NCBI GenBank assembly: GCA_964016885.1
Contig: OZ024749.1
Span: forward strand, 29,450,001 to 29,514,000
Origin: Eledone cirrhosa
Taxonomy: Eukaryota
Length of the DNA stretch: 64,000 bases
Direction: 5' to 3'
The notes beneath the pieces are model-generated. The model saw nothing but the letters and a program-made list of their open reading frames with translations, had not been told where the DNA came from and made no database searches. The position numbers and the translations under genes are program-made. Below, piece after piece: positions 28,722 through 43,601 of the stretch (positions are counted from its first letter, which is position 1; every line of letters begins with the position of its first letter).

Positions 28722-30667
28722 ATGTAGCCCAAAAGTCACTAAACCATAAAAAAAATATATATAATTGAAATGGTCTAGTGACTTAAGTCACACACTGTTT
28801 GTGAGTATATATTTGTAGATGGAGAGAGGTGTGTGTATATGTATGTTTATATTTTCATGTGTGTGTAGAGTGAGAGGTGTGTATGTATGTATGTATTAAG
28901 TTCGATTTATTTTTTAATTAGCAAATAGTTTACAAAAAAAAAAAAAATGCAAAATTAAGTGGAACTGTTAATATCGATTTTCTTAACTTTCATATTGTAT
29001 TGATTAAATGTATAGGTCTGTATTTTATTTCGGATCTTTACGTTCTGAGTTCAAATCCGGCCGAGGTCAACTTTGCTTTTTATCTTTACGGAGGTCGATA
29101 AAATAATGTACCAGTAACGCACTGGAGTCAGTCGATTTTTTCCTACTCCTCCCACACAAATAACTGGCCTTGTGCCGTCGTGTCTAAAGTAGAAATATAT
29201 TTTTTTATATATCATTTAATGTCCTTTGACGCTGGTTGTGATGAGGGCGGGTTTTGGCTGCTATTACTAGCAACAACACCACCACATTATTTCCCTCCAC
29301 CCACCATTGTAGTGGTTTCAACGAAGAATGGACTAGGTGTGAGGTGTTGCTTTTTATTCCAACCTTTCTGTTATAATTTTACCGTCTTGACATGGTGTGC
29401 TTGTTATTGATGTTGTGTGTAGGGTTTTCTCAGGCGTAGCCGAGAATGAAAGAAAGACCAGACAACCGAAAGGACATTAAATTCTTTCCTTTCTTTATCA
29501 TATTTCTTCTAATGAAAGTCACTGCTTCCTAGGATTTTCAAATCATTTTGAAAACATAAAAAAGGATTTATTTATGGAATATATCATGTAAATACAGTTT
29601 TATAGAAAAAGAAAAAATAAGAAAATTTGGATTGAGAAGAATGGATTGTAAAATAGGAAAATATAAAGAAACGAGAGGGAAAAAAAAATGGTAAAGGGAG
29701 GGAATTGCAAGGACACAGAAGAATGGGTAGGGGGAGAATGATTGGACTCTGGGCCTAGGGTGCAGCGATAATGGGCTTGAGCTCCGTGGCCAAGACCGCA
29801 AAAGTATTCCTGTGGACAATGGCCAGCGACAGCCGCTGCAACAGCCACTCCACCTCCGGGGCTCCTTCTTCTGACGGGCTGCCGACTTTCAAATCTTGCG
29901 TAGGAGCTTGACTGTATGGGGTCCAAGTACGCTCAAGAAATTAGAGGGTTTTAGTAACCATGCACTTTTTTAATATTGATATCATTGTTTTTATTAATGT
30001 TGACATGTTTATTCTCAATACATGTGTTCCCAAAGTAGGCTTAAAAAACCCATTGATAATTACATAAATATGAAAAAGAAAGAAAAACAAAATTAAGTAA
30101 TGAGAAAAAGGGGGAAGGGATAAAGAAGTGCAGATCTGGCTGTATATGGTGGTTTGGGAAGTAACTTAACAAAGGTCCTTACATAATATTATGATTGGAA
30201 TTTTTTTCTTAGATAAATGGTATAAACACCCCAAACTAAAACTGAATTGATTTCAGGCGGTTTGTTTATCAAAAGGTTTAAATTCAAAATCATTTATAAT
30301 CGTTGAAATAGCTGTGATGATGATAATGGTTTCTGATTTAGGCACAAGGCCAACAATTTTGGGGGAGACGAAAATCGATTAAATTGACCCCAGTGCATTA
30401 CTGGTACTTTATTTTATCGAGTCTGTAAGCAAGGCCGGATTTAATGGGCTACAAGACTATGGTTCCGCTGAGATGGGTCCGACGTAGCCAGCTGGCTTGT
30501 CCCTCCTCATAATGGTGCCATCCAGTTCCACACTGTATATGTGGTTGGTGTTAGGAAGGGCATCCAGCTGTAAAATATCTGGCCAAATTTACAGCCCTCG
30601 TCGGAGCAAGGTATGATGACCCGTCTAACCCATGCAAGCATAGAAATATGAACGCTAAACGATGATG

Positions 30668-30706
<39 letters not shown>

Positions 30707-33700
30707 CAGAATGGATGCAGTAAAAACGAGTTAGACCATTACCCACCAGAGTACTCGATACTTGGAGTAGTAGAGTGGGTAATATGAAAAATTTGGGTCC
30801 CCAACAGCTGAGTGCCTGCCGTTTCAACAGCTAGATCCAAACTGGCCAGAACACTGGCCATTCAGTTCAGATCTAGCTGTTGAAACTGCAGAAGCTCAGC
30901 CGAATTTTTCATATATAGAGACCTATATTTAAACACCTGTAACTGCTCTTGTTCCCCACATAACTTTCAATATTTGTGACAGTTGCAAGACTCAGATTAC
31001 AATACTGTTTGTCACTGTTTTTGTTGACATTATTGTATAATATAACGGTGGATTGGCAGTATCGGTAGAGAGTCGGACACCATGCTTTGAAGCATAGTTA
31101 CGTCCCTTTATGATCTGAGTTCAAATCCCGCCGAGGTTAACTTTGCCTTTCATCCTTACGGGGTCGATAAAATAAAGTACCAGTAATGTACTGGGTAATT
31201 GCTGGCCTTGTGCCTAAAAATAGAAACAATTATTGTATAATATATTGCTTATAATTGCTGCTGCAATCACCTTAGTTTTCTTGTTCCTTGTTGTTCACCT
31301 GAGTAAACGAGAAATTTTTTTCTCACATGTCAGTTCTAGTTGGCTGGTTACAACAGTTATTTCATCTTGCCAAGGCCATTCAACTCCCGCTATTTAACTC
31401 CACCCAATTATAAGTTCAACAGTCTACACACACATACACAGAAACACACACATACCCCCCCTCCTACACACACAAACAGACACACATACATAAGGACAGA
31501 CACACATACACACATACACACACACACTATTCTCTCAATTATATGCCCTATTGCAGAAACCATGAACCTCACTCCCCTCCAAATAATTCTCAACTTGTAG
31601 TTTGGCAAGTTGACAAACCTAGTTTTTTTGACATTTCTTGCTCTGACCACACAAAGAGAATTTACTAAGCTTACATTTGTCTAGTACACAGTCCACACAC
31701 ACCCATTCCAAATTATATGACAGTTCATAACACCACATCACCCCCTCTGCCATTTTGGGTATTCCCATTATGTCATTATACAGCAAAGACGTTTAATGAT
31801 TTATATACTTGATAGCAAGAAATTTAAGTTAATCTTCAAATTTATATATTGAGATTGGAGAGTCATTCCAGGTAGAGCCGCTACTTTAAATTGAGAGATC
31901 ACAATTTTGATACTATGGGCATGTGGTTAGAATGTTCAGGAAAGAATTGCTGGACAGATTTTACGGGTAAAACCAACTGACATATATGTTGACATATATG
32001 CCGGTTGATTTATGTAGAGAGAGATGTGTGTGTAGAGAAAGAGAGTTGTGTGTGTTTATGTATGTATTGAGTTCGAAAAGAGACTCTTCAGTTGTGAGGT
32101 GATTGGTGATAGGAGTATCCAGCCATAGAAAACTTTGTCCAACAAAGGGTCAACAGGGCTCTTCAGTTGTGTCAAGGACATGGCAGCCACGACGAAGTGC
32201 ACGTTGTAGAATACAGGAGTAAATGTAAGCGAGATGCAGCCCTAGGTCCATCTGAATGCCCAGTAGCTCCGATTAAGTACTGACTTAGTTATTGACGACC
32301 CATCTAACACTTGCGAGCAGGAAGAACAAACGTCAAATGATGATGGTGATGATGATATACATGATATTTATATTATATTTATGGCTTAGTGGTTAGAGCA
32401 TTGGCCTTGCAATCGAAAGGTTGTGAGTTCAATTCTCAGACTGGGTGATGTGTTGTTTCCTTGAGCAAGACACTTTATTTCACATTGCTCCAGTTTACTC
32501 AGCTGTAGAAATGAGATGATAGGACTGGGGTCCCTATCATTCCACTGCAAAGTGGTCGTGGAGGTGCCACGGCAAAAAAGCACCCAGCACTCACTGTAAA
32601 TGAGGTTGGTGTTAGGAAGGGCATCCAGCTGTAGAAATCAAGCCAGAATCAGTTCCCGTCCCACCCTTGCAAGCAGGGAAAAGCGGACGTAAAATGATGA
32701 TGATGATATATATATATATATATAATGTAGGTGACATGACAAAAAGTGCAAAGTAGTCTTGTAGGTGTCACGACAAAAATCTCCCAGCACACACTGTGAA
32801 TATGGTTGGAGTTACGAATGGGCATCCAGCCATAGAAACCAAGCCCAGACCAGTCCTGTATGAGCAAGACATCGACGTCGGACCTGGCTTGTCTCACAAC
32901 GGGGCAACCTGTCTAAACCATGGGCGTTAATCAGTAATGATGATATATAGTTTGTATTAAAGTTCATACACTTTATATAGTTTATATTAAAGTTCATACA
33001 CTTAATATGTACATGTGACCTTAGGTTTTGAGGTCGAGTTATGGCTACCACTGTACTGTATTGAGGGGTGGCTGTTTTAATACTGGCTTCTCTCAACCAA
33101 TGGTCATGTTTACATGTTAAATATATGAACTTTAATATAAACTAAATAAGCTTTCTTGTATTAGATTGAGCATTTTTTCCTTCATCCTTTATCTACGGAT
33201 ATTCTGCATCATCATCATCATCATTTCATTTTACGTCCACTTTTCCCTGCTTGCAAGGGTGGGACGGGAACTGATTCTGGCTTGATTTCTACAGCTGGAT
33301 GCCCTTCCTAACACCAACCTCATTTACAGTGAGTGCCGGGTGCTTTTTTGCCGTGGCACCTCCACGACCACTTTGCAGTGGAATGATAGTGACCCCAGTC
33401 CATATCATCTCATTTCTACAGCTGAGGGACCCCAGTCCCTATCATCTCATTTCTACAGCTGAGTAAACTGGAGCAATGTGAAATAAAGTGTCTTGCTCAA
33501 GGAATATATATATATATCTGTGTGTGTGTGTATAATCATGTTTTCTTTCCATGCTGGCACAGGTTAGATAGGTTGCCATGTCACAAGACTACCTACACAG
33601 GTTGGAGAAACCTCATGTCGTTCATATCCTCCATAATTGGCATGGTTTCTATACCCTACAAACTATACTGGGTGTATTTTATATATTTATACATACACAC

Positions 33701-33745
<45 letters not shown>

Positions 33746-36700
33746 CATGTAAAAGGTAAACAGAAATAACAACACAATCGGTACAGTATATGGAAGGAAT
33801 AAATTAGGTTAACGCTTGATATAGCAGGAAGAGGGTCTTAAAGTTTCGGACGCTAATCCTCCATCCGAAGAAAGAATGAGAAATAAGATAGATTGAGGGG
33901 ATGGGCGGGTTGGATTGGAAAAAATGTCTTTAGATAAAAATAGCAGGTCCATCATCATCATCATCATCGTTTAACGTCCGTGTTCCATGCTTGCATGGGT
34001 TTGGACGGAGGGTTTTCCCACTTGAGGCAAGAGTGGTTATCTTGCTCGCATAGGACTATCTGGCGGGTTTTCTACAGCTGGATGCCCTTCCTAACACCAA
34101 CCACATTTACAGTGTGGGGCTGGGAGGTTTTTACAGTGTTGCCTACACGGCCACATTACAGCGTGAACTGTGTGTTTTTTTGACGTGACACCTACACGAT
34201 CTCATTTGTTTCGGCCTGGATGTTGTGGCACCAACATAACTTTACATTGAAAGGGGCGGTGTGGATGGGGTGGGGTGGTGGGACGGGGGTGTATTTTGTT
34301 AGAGATGCCTACTGACTGTAGTAGGTTTTACTTTGTATTTAGGTAAGGCGGGTCTTCTTTATTACTGAGTACCGCCAAAGGTCTCGGTCCAGTGACATTG
34401 TCTTGGTGAGGTGTAAGTGTGTGAGGTCGGAATTTATCAGCTCGTCCCAGGTTTTTCTGGGTCTGCCTATTCCTTGGCTACTGTCTATCTTTATTGCCCT
34501 GCACTTTGTTATACAGCTATCGTCCTTCATGCGCATCACGTGACCATACCAACGTAGCCTTCTCTCGAGTAAACAACATCTGATCCCTCTTATTTCTAAT
34601 TTTTTCCTTAGTTCGTTTATGCTTTGCCGTTCACGTATATTACTATTACACATCCAGCGGTATAAATATATATATAATGTGTGTGTGTGTGTGTAAAACA
34701 TCAATATATAAAAATATTGACTTGTTGACCAATAGTTCCTTGATACAAAAAAGATGCTAAACTACCCAGTAGAGGGCACTAACACACAATATTATTGGCC
34801 CAACAACCCTAATATCTTGCCCCATCAAAACACAAAAACACTCTGAACCTATAATAAGCAAGAACAATGAAATGTTTATTAACCCTCGCCCCAACCATAT
34901 GTGCAATGAGCAATATAATGGGTGAGTCCATGTCTCTTTATGTCCTGTAACTTAGAGGTTTGACCAAAAGAGATCGATAAAATAAGTAGGGTGGTGCCCC
35001 AGCATAGCCTCAGCCGGGTGGCTGGAACAGGTAAAAGGATAAAAGAGTGAGACTTGAAAAAAAGTTTAAAAGAAACCGCTTTGGGGTCGATATGATCAAG
35101 GTAGTGCTCCAGTATGGCCGCCATCTAATGTCTGAAACCAATAAAAGGATGTAAAAACTGTATCCATTGATACATACTTGGATAGACACATACACTCACT
35201 CACACACACACACACACACATACACATGCATGCATACACAAAGTATAGATGAATACACACACACACACCCATGAGCATAGACCATACACACACACAAGCA
35301 TAGATGTATACACACACAAGCATAGATGTATACACACACAAGCATAGATGTATACACACACAAGCATAGATGTATACACACACAAGCATAGATGTATACA
35401 CACACAAGCATAGATGTATACACACACAAGCATAGATGTATACACACAATCAAGTATAGATGCACCCGCGCGTGCACACACACAATCAAGTATAGATGCA
35501 CCCGCGCGTGCACACACACAATCAAGTATAGATGCACCCGCGCGTGCACACACACACACACACATGCATGAGCATAAATTGTACAACACACGTTCACACA
35601 CACACATTCTCACAGATGCATACACACACACACATCCACACATAATCATAGATGTATACACATATACACATCTATACATACATAAGAGACAGATTATTGC
35701 CAATATAAACAGACTGGGCATAGATGCATACACATATGCACACATCCACTGACATCCACACACATAATCATAGATGTACACACACATCCATACACATCTA
35801 CATATGACCCTAGAGGCATACACATATACACACATACACACAAACATACAAGTACAGATACATACATAAGAGAGACTGGTTATTGCCAATGTACACCGAC
35901 TAAAGACCGGTTTTACTTATATTTATTGGCATAGATTTCTGATTGTATAAATGGACATATTATGTTTCCATTTGTACCTACTCCCTTCATACACGTATGT
36001 ATGTGTGTGTAATATACCAGTGAATACTAACACTTATTATTAATACTAGCAGGGCGGTGGATTGGCAGTATCGGTAGAGGGTCAGATGCCATGCTTTGCA
36101 AACAAAGAGTTACGGCCCTTTATGGTCTGAGTTCAAATCCCGCCAAAGTTAACTTTGCCTTTCGTCTTTACGGGATCGATAAAATAAAGTAGCAGTAATA
36201 CACTGGGATTATTGCTGGCCTTGTTCCAAAAGTAGAAACAATTATTAATACTAGCAGAAAATCCACCCTTCAGGTGGTTTTCTGCTAGCATTTGTAGTGT
36301 GCATATTGACATTATACGCAAATATACATACATGTAGATATGATACGCCAAATAAAATCGTAATTGAGAATATACACAGAAAGTGAAGAGAGACTGTGTT
36401 ACACGCTCTTCTGTAATCAGTAAAGTAATCCATGATACATTTAAAAAAGACGGTACTATATATAAACTGTATTAGGAGAAAATTGGCGATGAAAATATAA
36501 ACGGTATGATATAACAATGCAAATATATAAACATTTATATAAGCGATATGATATAGCGTCCGTTATATCACAAACTGGAAGTGTTGACATTTGAAAATTT
36601 TAAAAGAAGGGAATCTTAAAATAAGCAATCGTTATATATAAGAATATTTATGTTTAATCAACAGCTACGAAATTTAGTACATGAATTATGTAATATTCAT

Positions 36701-39027
36701 TCATTATTTATTCAATGGATTGGCAGTATCAGTAGAGGGTCGGACGCTATGTTTTGGCGCATAGAGTTACGGCCCTTGCCATTCTGAGTTCAAATCCCGC
36801 CGAGGTTAACTTTGCCTTTCATCCTTACGGGGTCGATAAAATAAAGTACCAGTAATGCACTGGGTAATTGCTGGCCTTGTGCCAAAAAGTAGAAACAATT
36901 ATTTATTCAAAGTAAGGTGGATTGGCAGTATCAGTAGAGAGTCGGACGCCATATTTCCAGCATAGTTACGTCCCTTTACGGTCTGAGTTCAAATCCCACC
37001 GAGGTTAACTTTACCTTTCATCCTTACGGCGTCGATAAAATAAAGTACCAGTAATGTACTGGGTAATTGCTGGCCTTGTGCCTAAAGTATAAACAATTAT
37101 TTATTCAAAGTAATCCAACTTATTTTACTAACGGGATAAAAAAATATATTCAGGACACAGTTCCACACTCCTCCCTTTGTTATATTATGATCTTGTGCTG
37201 ATTTAGCAGAAAATATAAAAAAAAAAGGTTTGTTAATTCAAATGTTTATAGTATCTTTATTGCTGAACAGATCATCATCATCGTTTAGCATGGGTTAGAC
37301 GTGTCGTCCATGCTGGGAGACAAGGCTGGCCAGAGTTGGCCACGCTGTACCTTGCTCTGACGTGAACTGTAAATTTGGCTGGGTATTTTACAGCTGGATG
37401 CCCTTCCTATCACCAACCACATCTAAAGTATTCGAACTAGATGGCACTGTTATGAGGAAGGACAGGCCAGTTGGGCACCCTGAACCCATCTCACAATGTA
37501 ACCATAGTTTTGGAGCCTGGTACTAGATTGCACTGTTATGAGGAGGGACAGGCCAGTTGGCCACCCTGAACCCATCTCACAATGTAACCATAGTTTTGGA
37601 GCCTGGTACTAGATTGCACTGTTATGAGGAGGGACAGGCCAGTTGGCCACCCTGAACCCATCTCACAATGTAACCATAGTTTTGGAGCCTGGTACTAGAT
37701 GGCACTGTTATGAGGAGGGACAGGCCAGTTGGGCACCCTGAACCCATTTCACAATGTAACCATAGTTTTGTAGCCTGGTACTAGATGGCACTGTTATGAG
37801 GAGGGACAGGCCAGTTGGGCACCCTGAACCCATTTCACAATGTAACCATAGTTTTGGAGCCTGGTACTAGATGGCACTGTTATGAGGAGGGACAGGCCAG
37901 TTGGCCACCCTGAACCCATTTCACAATGTAACCATAGTTTTGTAGCCTGGTACTGGATGGCTCTGTTATGAGGAAGGACAGGCCAGTTGGCCACCCTGAA
38001 CCCATTTCACAATGTAACCATAGTTTTGGAGCCTGGTACTAGATGGCTCTGTTATGAGGAGGGACAGGCCAGTTGGCCACCCTGAACCCATTTCACAATG
38101 TAACCATAGTTTTGGAGCCTGGTACTAGATGGCACTGTTATGAGGAGGGACAGGCCAGTTGGCCACCCTGAACCCATTTCACAATGTAACCATAGTTTTG
38201 TAGCCTGGTACTAGATGGCACTGTTATGAGGAGGGACAGGCCAGTTGGGCACCCTGAACCCATTTCACAATGTAACCATAGTTTTGTAGCCTGGTACTAG
38301 ATGGCACTGTTATGAGGAGGGACAGGCCAGTTGGGCACCCTGAACCCATTTCACAATGTAACCATAGTTTTGGAGCCTGGTACTAGATGGCACTGTTATG
38401 AGGAGGGACAAGCCAGTTGGCCACCCTGAACCCATTTCACAATGTAACCATAGTTTTGTAGCCTGGTACTAGATGGCACTGTTATGAGGAGGGACAGGTG
38501 CAGAATCACAGTTTGGGAAAATTTGCAGTAAACTAAAGAATTAAATAAAAAAAAAATGTGATTCAGTCATATTGCTGTTTTCAACTTTTCAAGAATGTCT
38601 TGATAATGCTGTTTGATGTGGTACAGTATCTCTTTAGATCTGTAACACCAGAGGGAGCTGTAGGGGCACTGCATTGACATAGTGTTTCTCGGGCATTTAA
38701 AAAACCTGGTGGAGCAAAAATATGAACTGCCTGGGCTGCGTGATTTACTAAAAACATATGTAATCTTATACACACCTGCATGCATATAAGCACTGCCATG
38801 TATGCACACGTACATATGTACATTCATTCATTCATTCATTCATTCATACATACATATGCACATACATACACACACACTTAACAAATAACTGTATTTCATA
38901 TTGATGGTTTCTGTGGTTATGTGTGTGTGTGTGTGTCAAAAGTATTTGAGTAGCTAATATATCTATATATATCTGTGTGTATGTGTGTGTATTTCATGTT
39001 AATGGCTTTTGGGGTTATGTACATGTT

Positions 39028-39058
<31 letters not shown>

Positions 39059-39560
39059 TCTCTCTCTCTCTCGGGAGAGAGAAAAAGAGAGGGAGGAGGA
39101 GAATATTTATTGATTAATTTACAAAGACTGTCTTATTGATCAAATTTCTTACTACAGATGGCTCCAACAACAACACTTGTTGGAACACTCTCAATATCTC
39201 TCTTGTGCTTTCATCAGTCTTGCATGGGTTAGACCGGTCGTCCTCAGTCTTCCTCTTCTCTAACTTCCTTTCATTCAGATCTCTTGCTATTTTTTAACCC
39301 AATGGTCATCATCCATATGCATCATATGTCCGTGTGTGTGTGTGTGTGTGTATATGTGTATGTGTGTATATATATATATATGGGTGAGATGCCGTGTTGA
39401 GAAGGACCCGTCCAACCCATGTGTGTGTCTATGTTTGTGTATATTTAATCTCCACCTCGATATTGAATACTCATTCTTGTGTCCATGCTAGCATGGAAGA
39501 TGGACGTTAAACGAAGATGATGATGGTGATGATGATGATGATGATCAGTAACACACACAC

Positions 39561-39606
<46 letters not shown>

Positions 39607-40943
39607 GAATATATGTGTGTATATAAATGGAATAGAATGAAACGAAATTTCATTTCTCACTCTTAGTACGGCAATTACAGTTACTATGTGTATATATATA
39701 TATATCATCATCATCATCATCATCATTTAATGTCTATCTTCCATGCGAGCATGGGTTGGACGGGTTTGTTCCACTTGAGGCAAGATTGGTCGGGTGACCC
39801 TGTCTCGCTTGTACAGAACTGTTTCTGGCAGGTTTTCTACGGCTGGATGGCCTTCCTAACACCAACCACATTTACAGTGTGGACTGGGAACCTTTTTTCC
39901 GTGTCTCCTACACGACCACTTTGCAGTGGATGGAAGTGGGAGGTTGGAGTAGGGGGTGTTTATGTATATTTAATCTTTACTTTGATATTGAATATTCATT
40001 CTCACGTCTGTCAATAACACACATATATATATAACAAAGAGGGTGTAGTAAGATACCAGGTGGACCATAACGTTTGGATCTAGCTGTCAAAACGGCTGGA
40101 GCTCAGCCGTCAAGGTCTATATATGTATGTATCAATGCTGCTGATGATAAGTATAATCTATATCTACATTGACAGGTGTGTTTTATTGGTGAACCATCTG
40201 TGCACAGTTCTAGACTGTAAACCAGTCTGTGTTGTGAAAGTATAGAAAGCTATAAGAAGGAAGTGGTGGAATTTACTACCCAACATGTGTAGCTTTAGCT
40301 GACCATTTATTAGGTTACATTTCATAGGAGGCTTCTCAGGTGTTTTAATGGTAGGGGACCCCCCCAGTCATATCATGAAAAGCTATGTGAAATATAGAAA
40401 TATAACTTCTTGCTGAAGGACATAGCACACAACCTAGCCCAGGAATTGAAACCACAACTTTGTGTGTAGGTCCAACACTCTAATCACAGGGCCACACACT
40501 TTCACACTTAAAAAGTAGCCTTTTTGACACCAAACTGTCTGATGCCACCACTGGTTCTAGGATACAAAGTTTGTTTTAAAGTGTTTATATTTATCCCCCC
40601 TCAAAAAGTCTTCCCTGTGACGGTGTGGGGCTTAGTGGTTAGGACTTACAATCCTGAGGTTGCAAGTTCGATTCCTTGACCAGGTGATGCATTATGTCCT
40701 TGAGCAAGATGCTTTTTTATCTCATGTTGCTCTTTCTGCCAGGAGTTGCAACTGGTAGATAGTATCAGGAATGGTCTGATTGGACGAGTTCCACGCCACT
40801 CAGTAAGTGTATGTGGTTTGGGATCTTGTCGATCAAAAGCCTTCCATTGTACTATATCGGTACGATATATAGGAAAACTGGTTAAACAAGAGCTGCCTTT
40901 AACAGCTATAACTACAAATATTTTGTGTATTGTGTGTATATTA

Positions 40944-40986
<43 letters not shown>

Positions 40987-43563
40987 GCATATCTTTTCCA
41001 TGTCTATCTTTGAACATTACATGCCAGGGAAATCGGACTTAAAACAATGATACACACTCACACACACACACACACAAGCACACGCACACACACAGCATAA
41101 CATCGACTGATGTGTAATTTCCTAACTTTTAAAGAAAGATTGAAACTTGTAAATTAGTAAAATCACGAACACCATCACCATCGCTGCTGGCGTAGCTGTC
41201 ATCGGCAGCCTTGTCACCATCACCACCACTGTCATCATCACCGTTACCATTACCACCATCATCATTGTTATCATCAGCATCATCATCATCATCATTCTTT
41301 AATGACATTTTTGTCTCTGTTAGCAAGGGTTGGACAGGTCATCAAAGATTCATATCAGTACTTAGAGCTATTGACCTCCTCTGACAGGCTGGGAGATACT
41401 ACTCACTTACTCACCTTCACTGAATTATTTTATCATGTCATGTCCTTATGAAAGGAAAACCTGTGCATGTGTGTGTGTGTGTATGTCTGTATATTTCTAA
41501 GTGTATGTCTGTATGTATGCCTGTGTGTGTGTGTGTATATGTCTGTATATCTCTAAGTGTATGTCTATGTATGCCTGTGTATATCTGTATATGTGTATGT
41601 CTGTGTATGTGTGTGTCTGTGTGTGTGTCTGTGTCTGTCTGTCTGTCTGTGTCTGTATGTGTATGTCTGTCTCTGTGTGTTATATATATATATACCTATG
41701 TGAATTCTATTAGCATCAGGTACATTAGTGAAATGACTGGAATAATAAACAAGCTATTTAATGTCCAAGTTTTTTGTTTCGTTCCACTTTAAACTATCAT
41801 TTTCCTCCCCCCTCTCTCTATTCACCTGCCTCTATATCCATCCATCCCATACTTGCATAACTGTTTCGTTCCACTTTAAACTATAATATCCGCTCCTCCT
41901 CTCTCTCCTTCTATCCACCTATCCATCCATCCCATACTTGCATAACTGGCTTGTTATTTTTATTGTCTCCTCTAGTATTGTATTTTTGGACCAGTTTCTG
42001 TCTTTCTACTTGGATTCATTCAATATCTCCCTGTTCACTCAACCGTGTAATAGTTGAGTGTGCAGAATCAAATGATTGTTTGTTTTATTTGTTTGTGTGA
42101 CAGTCGAGTAAACCACAGTAATAAGTCAATAGATGTTTGGCTTTGGAACACAAAATAATGTATAGTAACTTGTCTAGTAATACATTGAACTTAAGACTAC
42201 ACCAGTGGTGGTAGGTAGTGCTAGTGGTGGTGTTGGTGGTCGTCGTGCATTAGCGATATTGGTAGAGTATCAGAGATTTATCCCTTTAGCATTTAAACCA
42301 GCCATATGTGGCCAGAATTCTCTCATCTCTTTCTGTTCAAACCGGCCACTTATACCAACGTTAAGGTATTCTCAAAATAAATATCATCATCAAAATCTCG
42401 TTGATTCGATATTATGTGAGATAAAACTTTTACCCCGAAAATACAATAGTAATGTAAATGCTAAAGGGTTATAGAAACTAATAGCATACAGGCGGGGCTG
42501 AAAAACAAAATGAGCTGCATGTTCTCCAATGGGTGTGTAATGTTAGTGTCTATGTATGACAAAGTATTGATGAGCTGCATGTTCTCCAATAGGTGTGTAA
42601 TGTTAGTGTCTATGTATGACAAAGTATTGATGAGCTGAGAGAAAAATAGGGTATAAGCACAAACTGATGTCAGCATGGAAAAGTGGTCATTAGATGATGA
42701 TGAAAAAGTACTGAGTCTACTCTGTCGGTTGGGTGTTTTGGTGCTGGTGCCACGATAAAAAGTATCCAGTCGACCCTATAAAGTGGTTGTGTTGGTGACA
42801 AGAAAAAAGCGTCCAGTCCACCCTGTAAAGTGGACATGTTGGTGACATCACAAAAAGTGCCTAGTCCACGCTGTAAAGTGGTCGTGTAGGTGACAATGAC
42901 AAAAAGTACCCAGTCCAACCTGTCAGTTGGTTGTTTTGGTGCTGGTGCCATGATAAAAAGTACCTAGTCTATGCTGTAAATGTGGTTGGCATTAGGAAGG
43001 GCATCCAGCTGTAGAAACCAAGCCAAAATCACCTGTAATGACTTGTCACAACATCAACACAATTCATTTAACCCATGTTAGTGTGAAAGGTGGACATTAA
43101 ATGATGATGATGATAGTCTTAATGTTAAAGACAATGCAACAGAAGGCATGGCCAACAACAGACAACCAATGTTGATACGAAAATCCATTACATAAAATGT
43201 TGGAAGGTTAAAGATATATATATATCGATGGCTGGATTCTGTTAGGTTAAAGATAGATATATATTGATGGTGGGTTTCTAGATGACAAATGATATTGAAT
43301 TAATCCAAAGTTGTGGAGATCAGGAGATTATGAACAGCCTGCTTAATCCTGAAAACTATGATGTAACAGCAACAACAGTAGCAGCAACAACAGCAGCAGC
43401 AACAACATCAGGAACAGTAATAAAGAGCAACAGTAGCAAGAGCAACAACAACAGCAGTAACAGCATCAGCAACAATGGCAGTAACAGCAGCAGCAACATC
43501 AGCAACAGTAACAACAGCTTTAGCCACAACAGAAACAACACCAGCATCAGCAACAATAGCAGT

Positions 43564-43601
<38 letters not shown>

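Noticed and set aside
29690-29935. CpG-island promoter or 108-aa gene
   Set aside because: Explained as the 3' end of a CRE-like retrotransposon.
37439-38498. CRISPR array
   Set aside because: No spacers or cas genes; simple 86-bp tandem repeat.
40176-40292. Exon VCFIGEPSVH.. resembling UBE2W exon 4 or a HECT motif
   Set aside because: Similarity is limited to about 5 residues and there is an in-frame stop after 14 codons.
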